A stretch of 64,000 nt of DNA from a bacterium. GTDB lineage: Bacteria > Bacteroidota > Ignavibacteria > UBA10030. Shown piece by piece: positions 39,486 through 49,666 of the stretch. The stretch's first letter is position 1; each line of letters begins with the position of its first letter. The stretch covers positions 70,647-134,646 of the forward strand of contig JAZDJN010000104.1 in the NCBI GenBank assembly GCA_043803945.1, read 5' to 3'. The translations under genes were made by a program, and so were the position numbers. A model generated the notes under the pieces. That model was not told where the DNA came from. It saw nothing but the letters and a program-made list of their open reading frames with translations, and made no database searches.

Positions 39486-39497
39486 CTCCCGCTGTCG

Positions 39498-39953
39498 TTA
39501 TGGATTCCAGGGTACCGGTTTATTATCCAACAGCCAATTCTTTATCTCGGCAAGATCGGAGAGGAGATCCAGCAGGCGTGCCATACTGGACTGGTCGAGC
39601 GACGTGAATGTCTGCATGATCATCTCTTGTAATCCATGGGGATCGTCTCTGCCGAACTCTTCCAGCATCTTCGATACCCGTTGAACTCCGGCCTGAAACT
39701 CAACGGCAAGTTTCTCATACCCTTCCCCATCCTGGCCGATACGTTTCATAATACCAAACGTCTGCGTGATAAACTTTGCATCGAAGAGCAATTGCTCAAA
39801 TTCCTTGATTTTTTTTCCGGCGATGCTGAGTTCAATCAACTGAGCGACCTCAAAAGAATAGAGGAGCTTCTTATTGATAGAACGTTCAAGTTCCCTGATG
39901 AATGTTTGGGTCTCTGGTCGTAGGCTCATAGTCTCGTATCTGTCAACTGGCAA
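39498..39953 (-). CDS. hypothetical protein
   Basis: Helical ORF in operon context; start may be the second Met. Confidence 0.75.
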   Translation of the reverse strand: MPVDRYETMSLRPETQTFIRELERSINKKLLYSFEVAQLIELSIAGKKIKEFEQLLFDAKFITQTFGIMKRIGQDGEGYEKLAVEFQAGVQRVSKMLEEFGRDDPHGLQEMIMQTFTSLDQSSMARLLDLLSDLAEIKNWLLDNKPVPWNP

Positions 39954-39999
39954 AATATACGGTGTTCTTCAGCGAGAAACAATTCCCCTTCCCGATGAA

Positions 40000-40581
40000 T
40001 TACTTCATTGCCCATTCTTTGAGCAAGTGGTTGAGCTGTTCTTCGGGAAATTTTGGTGTGTCATAGATACCCTTGCAAGAGCGTTGACGCAACGCTTCAA
40101 ACAACGTCACTGCACATGCAACGGAAACATTCAGGCTCTGAATCATACCCATCATCGGAATTTGCACAATGCCATCGGCAGATCGTACCGCCTCCTCCGT
40201 TACTCCCCGGTGTTCATTGCCAAACACAAAAGCAATCTTGTCCGTCATATCGATGTCGTATAACGAGACGGCGCCCTCGGCAGGCTGCGTCGCATAGATT
40301 TTGAATCCCTCTTCCCTGAGTTTGGCATAGCATTGGTCGACGGCTCGGAATTCTCTTCGCCCTACCCATTTCCCCGCGCTCGCCGAACTTTTCTTTCCAA
40401 TCCGCGGAAACTTCTCTACTCTGTAGAGTAATTGCACTTCCACGATTCCCGCAGCATCACAGGATCGGATCACAGCGCTCACATTGTGCGGGTCGTGAAT
40501 ATCCTCCATCACCACCGTCAGGTCTGGCTGACGCCGGCGAATCACGGCTTCGAGCCGGGCCAAGCGCCGCTCACTTCGCAT
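40000..40581 (-). CDS. trmH: tRNA (guanosine-2'-O)-methyltransferase, TrmH/SpoU family
   Basis: HDPHNVSAVIRSCDAAG, FGNEHRGV, IPMMGMIQSLNVSVA. Confidence 0.9.
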   Translation of the reverse strand: MRSERRLARLEAVIRRRQPDLTVVMEDIHDPHNVSAVIRSCDAAGIVEVQLLYRVEKFPRIGKKSSASAGKWVGRREFRAVDQCYAKLREEGFKIYATQPAEGAVSLYDIDMTDKIAFVFGNEHRGVTEEAVRSADGIVQIPMMGMIQSLNVSVACAVTLFEALRQRSCKGIYDTPKFPEEQLNHLLKEWAMK

Positions 40582-40655
40582 TGGGCTGCCTCCTGAACAG
40601 AAGAATGAAAAGGTATCCATACCCGTGAAGGGAAGAGCGCTGAAGGGAGTTCATA

Positions 40656-41195
40656 CTAACTCTTCGGTTGGTCTAATGCACTGCCAAGGTCGCGGTAATA
40701 CGCACTCTGTTCATCGTCGTTGATCATATGGTACAGATTGGAGAGACGCAGAAGCAGAATCCGCTTATTGGAGACATGGGGTATTCCTGATTTGAGGAAC
40801 TCCAAAAGAATATCAACAGGCGGGATATTCAGGTCCGGGTCGAAGCAATCGCATGCATCAAGGTAGGGTTCCAGTTCTGACGGCCTGGCTTCGGCGGCTT
40901 TTTTGTAGTACTTGATGGCAAGTTCAAAATTATCATAGGAAGAATAGGTCACCTCAAAGACACTGGCCAGCCACATAAACGTATCGAAGGCAATGGTGGG
41001 AAATTCCTTTGCCAGTTTCTCGCCGAACAGGCAGAGCTCATCCGGGCCGAGCGAATGATTCCAGAAGAGAATACGATACAATTCTACATCCTGGATCCGC
41101 TGATGAATGGCATCCTCAAACGCATCGAAGATCTCGTTAAAATCTTTCCCGTTTGCAAACCGGGATCGGATTTCATCCGGTGTGAACCGCGGCAT
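40656..41195 (-). CDS. hypothetical TPR-like protein
   Basis: Helical ORF, ELAIKYYKKAAEARP TPR-like segment. Confidence 0.75.
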   Translation of the reverse strand: MPRFTPDEIRSRFANGKDFNEIFDAFEDAIHQRIQDVELYRILFWNHSLGPDELCLFGEKLAKEFPTIAFDTFMWLASVFEVTYSSYDNFELAIKYYKKAAEARPSELEPYLDACDCFDPDLNIPPVDILLEFLKSGIPHVSNKRILLLRLSNLYHMINDDEQSAYYRDLGSALDQPKS

Positions 41196-41306
41196 TGAAG
41201 GGTAATCCAGTGAATGGACGTAATAGTTCGCTTACTTGCTTAGAAACTGACAACCACATCTGCATCATGCATAATCGGGGGAGACAAGACCATTGACAAC
41301 TCCACC

Positions 41307-41666
41307 TCACTTCTTCAGAATGGTATTGATCACTTCGAGCAGCTTTGCAATGGTGAATGGTTTTTCGAGATACTCCACCGCAATATCGGAATTCCACGCG
41401 CCGGCAGCCTGTGCTGCACTCGTCATCATGATAACCGGAATGGAAGCGGTCTCTGCATCCGCTTTCAGTTCTTCGATCATCATGAATCCATTCATCACAT
41501 CCATGTGCACATCGCTGAGGATCACATCCGGATGGTGCTTGGCAACCATTTCAAGCCCCATCATACCGTCCTCAGCTTCGATGATTCCCCAACCCTTCAG
41601 TTTGAGCTGAGAGGCAAGAGTCTTCCGGAATGACTCCTCATCGTCGACAATTAGAATTTTTTTCAT
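41307..41666 (-). CDS. single-domain response regulator
   Basis: ILIVDDE, PDVILSDVHM, YLEKPF. Confidence 0.93.
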   Translation of the reverse strand: MKKILIVDDEESFRKTLASQLKLKGWGIIEAEDGMMGLEMVAKHHPDVILSDVHMDVMNGFMMIEELKADAETASIPVIMMTSAAQAAGAWNSDIAVEYLEKPFTIAKLLEVINTILKK

Positions 41667-41695
41667 TGAATAGTTCCTTCCCCTTCCCCCCGAAG

Positions 41696-41724
41696 AAAGT
41701 AGTGAATGGAGTTACGAAAAGCAA
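41696..41724 (-). promoter_or_regulatory. putative sigma70 promoter
   Basis: TTGCTT-N17-TACTTT, conserved upstream of the paralog. Confidence 0.6.
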
Positions 41725-41883
41725 TATTTACCACGATGCACAGCACAAACTACATAGAATTGAATCATGCTATCAAACAGAAAAGCCTGACTTGTATAGC
41801 ACGTGTCAGGCTTCGTCATTTTGCACTGAGGAACATGAGGAGGGTGCTTCTGGCGGATCCTAGAAACTTGGACGAAAAGTCCA

Positions 41884-42110
41884 GCCACAATGGACACTAA
41901 GGATGCGAAGAATAAAAAGAAAAAAGAGTAATGGAAATTTAAATTAATTCAACAGTTTTTCCTTTGCCTGCCCGACCTGCCTGCTGCAGGCAGGCGCAGG
42001 CGGGTGTCCTTCCCGCCAGACCGCATGGCGGGCTGGGGTGAACTTTTCAGCCAGAGGCTGATCCGCCAAAAAGAAGGCGGACAGGTGCGCCTTTGGTGCA
42101 GTGGTTTGAT
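41884..42110. repeat. inverted repeat pair with several nested hairpin insertions
   Basis: CCACAATGGACACTAAGG ... CCTTTG[..]TGTCCTT[..]...[..]AGTGG; inserts at 41967-42004, 42012-42032, ~42047-42099. Confidence 0.7.
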
Positions 42111-42137
42111 TATGTTCTTAACTGTTCGGCCAGATCT

Positions 42138-42497
42138 CTAGAGCTTCAGCATTTTCTCCACCAACGCTTTGAATGCCTCAATGCTGAATGGCTTCTCAAG
42201 GTAACCGATATCCGTGGCGGTTTTCCAGGCACCGGCAGTGAACATCGCCCCGGTCATAAAGATAATCGGTATCAGGGATGTCGCTTCATTCTGCCGCAAC
42301 TCTTCGACCATGACAAAACCATTCATATTGTCCATTTGCACATCGGTGATGATAAGATCGGGAAGATGGCGATTGGCCTGTTCAAGGCCCTCCATGCCAT
42401 CATTTGCCTCTAAAATCTCATATCCGGATTCATTCAATTCGAGGCTGATAGCCTTTCGGAATGCTTCCTCATCATCGACGACAAGAATCTTTTTCAT
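42138..42497 (-). CDS. single-domain response regulator (paralog)
   Basis: ILVVDDE, PDLIITDVQM, YLEKPF; same length as 41307-41666. Confidence 0.93.
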   Translation of the reverse strand: MKKILVVDDEEAFRKAISLELNESGYEILEANDGMEGLEQANRHLPDLIITDVQMDNMNGFVMVEELRQNEATSLIPIIFMTGAMFTAGAWKTATDIGYLEKPFSIEAFKALVEKMLKL

Positions 42498-42521
42498 AGT
42501 AATCCTTTTCCAGACATTCTG

Positions 42522-42550
42522 AAAGTAGTAAAGGGGTGCCCGAAAAGCAA
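42522..42550 (-). promoter_or_regulatory. putative sigma70 promoter
   Basis: TTGCTT-N17-TACTTT. Confidence 0.6.
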
Positions 42551-42570
42551 GCCGATGGTACGGAGCATCG

Positions 42571-45500
42571 TCAGCGCACTAACACCATTTTTCTTACACC
42601 GACGAACGATCCCGCCTTCACGTGAGCATAGTAGACACCGCTTGCTAACTGTGAAGCATTGAAGCTGATCACATAGCTGCCGGCAGACATTTCCTCATGG
42701 ACAAGCTGGGCGACCTCACGGCCAAGAAGATCGAAGACCTTCAGTTCAACCATGGATCGATCGGGGAGATCAAGGATAATCTGTGTCTGAGGATTAAAAG
42801 GATTGGGAAAGTTCTGGAAGAGGGAATACTGTTTCGGCGGGACCTCTTGCATTTGCTCAATCCCGAGAACAATGTTATCTTTCCCTCCGGCCTCAAGGTA
42901 CCGGGCTTTGAACTCCTGTAAGAACAAATTTGTAATCCGTTTGCTCTGAATGATGAGCGTGTTTTCATTATTCGAATTCTCGGCAGAACTTGACCAGTTA
43001 TGCGACCCTGTGATAACCGCAGCAGCGAGTCCTGAATTCTCTGCATCAACAACTGCATATTTGTGATGCAATAAACCATAGGGCTGACCTTTTAACCGTA
43101 CATCAATCCCGGCATTGGTCAGTGTGGAAAAAACACTCCCCTGATCGCTCGAATTGTCCATCAGAATGCGCACCCGTTTCCCGGCATTCTTCTTTGCGAT
43201 GAGTGCCTGGGCAATGTCATCGCGGGTGAATGTGAGCAGCGCACAATTGACGCTCGCCTGTGCGGAGTTGACTGTCTCAATAATTTTTGAAGTCGTCCTG
43301 TCCGACGGACTGAAATGCAATTCAACAGGAACATTATTAATAGAGAAGCGGTGCGGCGTGTTGTCCAGCTTCCGAAGCCCAAAACGGGAAGTACTCCGAT
43401 TCGGAAGATCTCCGTCGCTTCCCCACATCTCATTGAACTCGACCGTATAGGCACCGGCTAATGCCTGATCCTGAATTTCAAGAGCATTCTGTGAGTCCTG
43501 ATCGGTACCGGAATCCGTTGCATTCCATGACCCTGTCCAGACCCAGTCATCGGAGGCAGAGAAACGGTCGCGGTAATCGAAGATGGCAAATTTATTGTGC
43601 ATCAATCCCTGGCTCGATAGTGTTCCATCAAAAGCATCATCGATTACCTGGATACCATTCTGCATGAGTGTACCCCAGGGCTCTTGAATGGCAATATTAT
43701 CCTGTTCTCCAATTACTCGTACTCGAACACCACGCAATTTTGCTGCAACGAGAGCCGTGGCAACTGATGTTCCAACCGATTTACTTAAGCTATACAGGCA
43801 GACATCGATGGAATATTTTGCGGCATTGATGCGGTCGATAAACTTCAAAGCAAGGTTGCTTACCGTTGCCTGCTCACCCGATGCCACGCTGCCATCAACC
43901 GATCTATTGAAATAGACATTGATGGTACCCGAGGATGCCGCAGGAGAAGCTGTGCTGAATAGAGCATCACCCGTGCTGTTGATTCCACTCGCATCTCCGG
44001 ATCCGACCTGATAATGATAGATTGTTCCGGCTGTTAATCCACGAATGGCAAGGGAGTGTTGTGAGACGCTCTCCGATTTCCCGATGGAATCAGAATAAGG
44101 GGTAGTCGCTCCGAAGCGGATAAAACTCGAAGATGGTGTCGATGTTGTCCAGACGAGTGTCACTTCATCCGGTTTGATGTTTGTTTCCTTTGGGAGTGAA
44201 GTTATTGCCGGACCCGGATGGAGAATGATGTCTGCTTGTGTGCGCGGAACAATTTCGTAATCCGATTTGTAAGGAGGCGGTGGAGCTGGAGTACCGGGAG
44301 CATATTGTTTGATAATCCCGATCAGGTCGAACATTCCATTTGGTGCAATGAAAGATGTTGAAATGAAGGCACCTGTTGTTCCCGTTGCGTCCGTGATAGT
44401 CGAGTTTGCCGCATTATAGGTTACACCGTTGATGCGGACAAGCCTTCCCTCATTCGGCTCGGTGTATGTATCCGTATTGAATGTTGCATTGACATCGCGG
44501 GCCGTGAGAAGCAATGGTTGCGGCACTAGCCGGCTGCGGGCATGAAGAATGTACTTAGCTGAGTCGAGAAGAATTTCAGTGAGGCCCCGAAACTGCGTAA
44601 TGGTTCCGGTCACTGTAACACTATCGCCCATCTGATAGTTGAAAAAACGAACCGGCTGGTAGATGCTGATTCCCGCCGTGGCATCCTGCACAAAGACATC
44701 TGTCCTCGTAGAAGTAAGATCGGCCGTGATGATTCCGCTTACGGTGACAGTAGCACCATTTTGGTATGGCGGAGCCGGGACTCCCTGTGCATCGTTGATG
44801 TGAACATTGATAATCGGAATTACTTTTGTAACTGTAATCCTTGTCGGCAATGCAATGGCGAGCGGAGGATTCCGCTGCGAGCCGGTCTTCACAATAAATA
44901 CTCCCGTACCTGCTGCATCAGGTGATTGCAGGTTAATTATCGACACAATACCCGAATCGTTTTTTGTGACAGCCGTAGGTCCGATGAAGAGTGTATCACC
45001 GCTGACTGTCCTGCTGCTGCTCGCAAGCCCTGTGCCGCTGAGTGTAACGGCGGTTGTGGTGCGAGGCCAGTTCCACCCTGCCGGTACAATAATGATCAGG
45101 CTATCGAGTGTGTTTGTTCCATCACCGATTATTTTCAGAGAGAAGGTTGTCGTGGTATTGGCCTGAACGACAGAGGGTACAATTATGGCGGTACCGCTGC
45201 CGCTTCCTCCCGTTACAATCGGAGGTTCTGCAGGGCTGAGTGAATTTTGAGGCTGGGGGGTTGATCTGGTAACGAAATCTATACTATTGTTATTGGAGTC
45301 GTAACCGTTTCCTTCTTGCTCGTCGGATCCACCCATGGCCATTGAAGTGGGTGTTGAACTACTTATTGCCTTTCGTTCCAGGGAGACACCTTCACTGGTT
45401 ACGTTCGGCGCTGTCCCTTCTGCAAAAGTAGCATTTGATCCTCCCCATCCCAATGCATCAATGGTAACACCTGAAGAAGTACGCAATAGAATTGCTGCGG

Positions 45501-45849
45501 CTGTATTCGAAAGACCAAGTGTTGACGATGGGGTTGGATTATCCTTATTTGCCACCCCACCACCTCCAAACAAATAATATTTATGCGGTTGAATTATTGC
45601 TCCAGTTGGAAAAGTATACTTATTCGAAATCGTGCCGCCCGTGGAGCGATAATCAATAGTCCAACCAGAAACATCTATCGCGTTCTCGGTGGGATTATAA
45701 ATCTCTATAAATTCATCATTCGAAGTTGCATCAGTTTCGTATATCCCATTAATTAGCACTTCGCTTATAACAACATGATTCGTTGTTTGAGAAAAAAGTG
45801 TGCTCGCGCAGAAGAGAAATAGAAAAAGAATTAAGAAAAGAGAACGCAT
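42571..45849 (-). CDS. secreted phospholipase D-family (Nuc-like) protein: lamin-tail, OB-fold, FN3-like, 2x HKD, T9SS CTD
   Basis: VVISEV/EFIEIYNPT, GDSVTVTG, MHNKFAIFD and LHHKYAVVD, GSHNWS, QNFPNPFNP. Confidence 0.88.
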   Translation of the reverse strand: MRSLFLILFLFLFCASTLFSQTTNHVVISEVLINGIYETDATSNDEFIEIYNPTENAIDVSGWTIDYRSTGGTISNKYTFPTGAIIQPHKYYLFGGGGVANKDNPTPSSTLGLSNTAAAILLRTSSGVTIDALGWGGSNATFAEGTAPNVTSEGVSLERKAISSSTPTSMAMGGSDEQEGNGYDSNNNSIDFVTRSTPQPQNSLSPAEPPIVTGGSGSGTAIIVPSVVQANTTTTFSLKIIGDGTNTLDSLIIIVPAGWNWPRTTTAVTLSGTGLASSSRTVSGDTLFIGPTAVTKNDSGIVSIINLQSPDAAGTGVFIVKTGSQRNPPLAIALPTRITVTKVIPIINVHINDAQGVPAPPYQNGATVTVSGIITADLTSTRTDVFVQDATAGISIYQPVRFFNYQMGDSVTVTGTITQFRGLTEILLDSAKYILHARSRLVPQPLLLTARDVNATFNTDTYTEPNEGRLVRINGVTYNAANSTITDATGTTGAFISTSFIAPNGMFDLIGIIKQYAPGTPAPPPPYKSDYEIVPRTQADIILHPGPAITSLPKETNIKPDEVTLVWTTSTPSSSFIRFGATTPYSDSIGKSESVSQHSLAIRGLTAGTIYHYQVGSGDASGINSTGDALFSTASPAASSGTINVYFNRSVDGSVASGEQATVSNLALKFIDRINAAKYSIDVCLYSLSKSVGTSVATALVAAKLRGVRVRVIGEQDNIAIQEPWGTLMQNGIQVIDDAFDGTLSSQGLMHNKFAIFDYRDRFSASDDWVWTGSWNATDSGTDQDSQNALEIQDQALAGAYTVEFNEMWGSDGDLPNRSTSRFGLRKLDNTPHRFSINNVPVELHFSPSDRTTSKIIETVNSAQASVNCALLTFTRDDIAQALIAKKNAGKRVRILMDNSSDQGSVFSTLTNAGIDVRLKGQPYGLLHHKYAVVDAENSGLAAAVITGSHNWSSSAENSNNENTLIIQSKRITNLFLQEFKARYLEAGGKDNIVLGIEQMQEVPPKQYSLFQNFPNPFNPQTQIILDLPDRSMVELKVFDLLGREVAQLVHEEMSAGSYVISFNASQLASGVYYAHVKAGSFVGVRKMVLVR

Positions 45850-45956
45850 CTGGATTTCCTGTTGTTAATTTAGATATAAGATAGCGTTTTTTACATGCTA
45901 TCCAAAGATGCCAATTTTTGGAAATAGCTTCATCTCTCTCTATATTCTTAACAGAT

Positions 45957-46352
45957 ATGACAAAGGTCGCGGTTGCATTACTATGGAAGGATGGAGCCAT
46001 CCTTCTCTGCCAGCGGAAGCGCGGCGGCAGGTATGAGCTCAGATGGGAATTCCCCGGCGGGAAGTTCGAACCTCATGAAAATACCCTGAGCTGCCTGAAG
46101 CGTGAGTTGAAAGAGGAACTTTCAATCGACATTCCCGGCATTGAACGCATCGAAGTCGAGCGAGCGTTCTATGAAGACGGCGGAATGTTTGAGGTCTCCT
46201 ACTGCACGGTGAACTATTTCTCAGGCGAAGTCCGCAACAACGTCTTCGAACAAATCCAGTGGATAGCACCGTCAATGCTTCTTCAGTACGACATTCTCCA
46301 GGGCAATCTCGGCATCGCCCGGCGACTCGCAGGCGAGGTCGACCGTTCATGA
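45957..46352 (+). CDS. mutT: NUDIX hydrolase, MutT-like
   Basis: WEFPGGKFEPHENTLSCLKRELKEEL; stop overlaps mutY start. Confidence 0.85.
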   Translation: MTKVAVALLWKDGAILLCQRKRGGRYELRWEFPGGKFEPHENTLSCLKRELKEELSIDIPGIERIEVERAFYEDGGMFEVSYCTVNYFSGEVRNNVFEQIQWIAPSMLLQYDILQGNLGIARRLAGEVDRS

Positions 46353-47278
46353 AACACCTGCACCCCCATAAACTTGACGGTAAGAAAAAGCAAAGGATTA
46401 TATCGGCAGTTCTCAGATGGTACAAAAACAATGGCCGTACTCTTCCCTGGAGAGACCATCCCAATCCCTATCACATTCTGGTCTCAGAAATAATGCTGCA
46501 ACAGACCCAGATACGCCGGGTATTGGAAAAGTATCCTCTCTTCCTTCGGCAGTTTCCGTCATTCAAAAAACTTGCCTCCGCCGGAACCGCAGAGGTCATC
46601 CGTGCCTGGCAGGGTATGGGCTACAACAACCGCAGTGTCAGACTACAAGAAACCGCCCTCATTGTTGTGCGAAATTACGGAGGAATGCTTCCCTCCGATA
46701 TCGAGACACTCATGCACTTTCCCGGAATCGGCCGCTATACAGCTCATGCCATCGCCTGTTTTGCCTTCGGTCAGCGGGTGCCGGTCGTCGACACCAACAT
46801 TGCCCGGATTCTCCAACGCCTGTTTCCGCACCAAAACGGGAGGGCTAACGCAGAGAGGATATGGGAGATCGCCGAAACGCTTCTCCCCGCGAAGCAGGTG
46901 CACGATTGGAATCAGGCTCTAATGGACCTTGGTTCGAGTGTCTGCCTCGCCCGTAATCCGCATTGCACAATCTGTCCGCTAAAGGGAAATTGCCCAAGCG
47001 CTTTCGCTCCGCAACAATCTCGGGATGGAAAGAAAAAAAACGAGCCTGGCAGGTATGGCGTCCCAAACCGATTGCATCGGGGAAAGATTGTCGCTGTACT
47101 ACGGACTCTGGCTGGCAAGAGATCAATTTCTATTGATAATCTTGGAAAGAAGATCCTCATCCACTACACCAAACGAGACCGTCCCTGGCTTGCCGCACTT
47201 CTTAAACAGATGAGCAATGACGGAGTGGCCTCACTCAAAGTAAGAAACGGTATAATCTTTACGGCTCTTCCCGAATGA
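46349..47278 (+). CDS. mutY: A/G-specific adenine glycosylase
   Basis: LPWR, VSEIMLQQT, WQGMGYNNR, PGIGRYTA, VVDTN, NQALMDLG, Fe-S Cys cluster. Confidence 0.95.
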   Translation: MKHLHPHKLDGKKKQRIISAVLRWYKNNGRTLPWRDHPNPYHILVSEIMLQQTQIRRVLEKYPLFLRQFPSFKKLASAGTAEVIRAWQGMGYNNRSVRLQETALIVVRNYGGMLPSDIETLMHFPGIGRYTAHAIACFAFGQRVPVVDTNIARILQRLFPHQNGRANAERIWEIAETLLPAKQVHDWNQALMDLGSSVCLARNPHCTICPLKGNCPSAFAPQQSRDGKKKNEPGRYGVPNRLHRGKIVAVLRTLAGKRSISIDNLGKKILIHYTKRDRPWLAALLKQMSNDGVASLKVRNGIIFTALPE

Positions 47279-47650
47279 GCAAATAAGAGAAACACGAACA
47301 GTCCCTAGCGGAGCTGCTTCAGGCATATGCTGCAGGAAGAGAACAGATTCAATCCCGGCTGAATGACTTCTCAAAGATTCCCCCTGAGCAGTACTTCTAT
47401 GAGTTAGTCTATTGCCTTCTGACACCTCAAACCAATGCGATCCATGCCGACATCGTGGTGCAGCAGCTTCAAGCAAACAAGTTTCAACTTTCGGCTCGGT
47501 GTTATCCGCTCGCTTCCCAAGACGATCACAAAGAAAGAGTATTACTCAATCGAAAAGAAATTTCGGAAATTTGCGGTCGAGATTCAGATTCCGCTGGATG
47601 AACTTGATCTATTATTCTGGAGCCTGGAAACCGGCGAGATTCGAAAATAG
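47275..47650 (+). pseudogene. ogg: 8-oxoguanine N-glycosylase/DNA lyase (Ogg-type) pseudogene
   Basis: ATG AGC AAA TAA stop at codon 4; then FYELVYCLLTPQ; frame change ~47490 to EYYSIEKKF...IPLDELDLLFWSLETGEIRK; HhH catalytic core absent. Confidence 0.8.
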
Positions 47651-47704
47651 GTAACTACTCCGTGGGGTAAAATGTGGTTTACCTATTATTTGATACTCTC
47701 TTCA

Positions 47705-47785
47705 GGACCTAACCAAAAAGTACCAAACTGTAACTGTAACCTTCCGAAGGTCTCTGAGTTGACTCCTTAGAACCTTCGGAAGGTT
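47705..47785. repeat. orphan MITE-type end plus AACCTTCCGAAGG REP doublet
   Basis: GGACCTAACCAAAAAG, then AACCTTCCGAAGGT and AACCTTCGGAAGGTT; related copy at 53437-53493. Confidence 0.65.
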
Positions 47786-48015
47786 TATATGTTCTCACAC
47801 CTTAATGTCCATTTCGATAATTGATTCGTTGATTCTTTGAATCGGAATAGCAATATTATAGAGAGTGTTTTCAGATATTCCAGGAAGCACGAGTACAGGG
47901 CATCACTTGGTGCGTCAGGCACAACAACGTTTTCTTGATAATGCACTCTCATCAACCCGGAAAATTGACACAAGGATTCTTTTTTCGCACAATACCTCAA
48001 CGCAGCAATCATGGG

Positions 48016-49596
48016 ATGACGTCGTATCGATTGAGGTTGTGTGCATTATTGTTCCTCCTCCCTCTTTACGTTTCCATTTGCCAGCAACTGAACCTGACTC
48101 TTCAGATCGAACAGCAGCAGCCCGCCCGCGTTCGTACGTTGGCACGGTTTCAAGTACTCTATCTCGCCGTCAATGATGTTGCAGCGGCCCTCGCACCATT
48201 ATCGACCATTAACCAGGAGAGGAAGAAATTCGAGCTTCGCCTGCTTCAGCACCGTATGAAGTTGAGTGCCAATAATCCATTTATCGTGGTGACCGAAAGT
48301 GAATCGAACACCTCTTCTGTCTTTCAACTTTCCCGCAGCGTGATTCTGATCGATTCTCTCTACTACATGCCGTTCCAACCCTTCCTTTATCTCCTTCAAC
48401 GCTACAGTCAGAAACCCGTGGCTTATGATGAAGCAAAATCATTGATCACCATCGGTTCAATACCTCGTTTTGAGATCAAAGATTTTACCGTGGAGAAAAA
48501 GGATAACGGCTACCTCCTGACAATCCAATCGGACAAACGGCTGGGCGACCATAACGCCTTTCTGAGGCAGGATGGATCGCTCATTGTAACAATCGTCGAT
48601 GCCAGGGCAGATACTCAGGACTTTAATCACCGTCCGCCTATGGAACCGATTACAAGGATTGTCACCCAGCAATTCCGTACAGCACTGCAGCTTACGTTCA
48701 AGCTGTCATCATCGATTGCGCAAGCGGAGGTCATCAATGATCCGCAAAGTACGAACCTGATCATTGATCTCCGCAAAAAGAGCGAGACAACAAAAGTGCA
48801 GCCTGCGCCAAAGAAAGAACCGGCGGCTAACGGTAAGCCGGGGGAGGAACCGCAGCGGCAGTTGCTCGATGTTGTTGTCATCGATCCCGGCCATGGAGGA
48901 AAGGATCCCGGAACAGTCGGCCTCAGCGGAACGTACGAGAAGGTGGTGGCGCTCGCTATTGCCAGGATTGTAAAAGAGCAGATGACAAAACAGATGAAGG
49001 ATGTGAAGGTGCATCTGACCCGCGAACGGGATGACCAGTTTGTGGCATTACACGAGCGAACAAAAATGGCCAACGATTGGCAGGGAAAATTGTTCATCAG
49101 TATCCATTGCAACTCGACAGAACGAAAACCTTCTACGGCAAACGGATTTGAAATCTATTTGCTGCGAGAGGGAAAAGATGAAGATGCAAGACGGATTGCC
49201 GAGGTGGAAAACTCGGTCATCACCCTGGAGGAAGGATACGAAAACCGTTACAAGGAGTTGACGATAGAAAAATTTATGATCATTAAAGCACAACAAAGCA
49301 AATTCTGGAGATACAGCGAGCGATTTGCCGAGATCGCATCGACGACGATGGATGAACATTTGAGCACGAAAAATCGCGAAGTGAAGCAGGCCGGGTTCTA
49401 CGTCCTTGTCGGTGCGGCCATGCCTAATGTTCTGGTGGAGACCGGTTATCTTTCCAACCGAGTGGAAGAAAAATTTCTCTACTCAGCAGCAGGGCAGCGG
49501 CGCATTGCTGAAGCGTTGGTTCAAAGCATCAAAAAGTATAAGCAGGAATTCGAGTTAGAAACTATCGAGAACACCACAGATCAAAGCCGGGATTAA
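48016..49596 (+). CDS. N-acetylmuramoyl-L-alanine amidase (AmiC-like)
   Basis: VVIDPGHGGKDPG, FISIHCN, VLVETGYLSN; start uncertain (47935 or 48016). Confidence 0.93.
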   Translation: MTSYRLRLCALLFLLPLYVSICQQLNLTLQIEQQQPARVRTLARFQVLYLAVNDVAAALAPLSTINQERKKFELRLLQHRMKLSANNPFIVVTESESNTSSVFQLSRSVILIDSLYYMPFQPFLYLLQRYSQKPVAYDEAKSLITIGSIPRFEIKDFTVEKKDNGYLLTIQSDKRLGDHNAFLRQDGSLIVTIVDARADTQDFNHRPPMEPITRIVTQQFRTALQLTFKLSSSIAQAEVINDPQSTNLIIDLRKKSETTKVQPAPKKEPAANGKPGEEPQRQLLDVVVIDPGHGGKDPGTVGLSGTYEKVVALAIARIVKEQMTKQMKDVKVHLTRERDDQFVALHERTKMANDWQGKLFISIHCNSTERKPSTANGFEIYLLREGKDEDARRIAEVENSVITLEEGYENRYKELTIEKFMIIKAQQSKFWRYSERFAEIASTTMDEHLSTKNREVKQAGFYVLVGAAMPNVLVETGYLSNRVEEKFLYSAAGQRRIAEALVQSIKKYKQEFELETIENTTDQSRD

Positions 49597-49635
49597 CACT
49601 TTACCTCCAGCGCGGGCAGGCTATTAAAAACCTCC

Positions 49636-49664
49636 TTGCACCCTGCCGAACTTTCACTTAATTT
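49636..49664 (+). promoter_or_regulatory. putative sigma70 promoter
   Basis: TTGCAC-N17-TAATTT. Confidence 0.4.
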
Positions 49665-49666
49665 GA

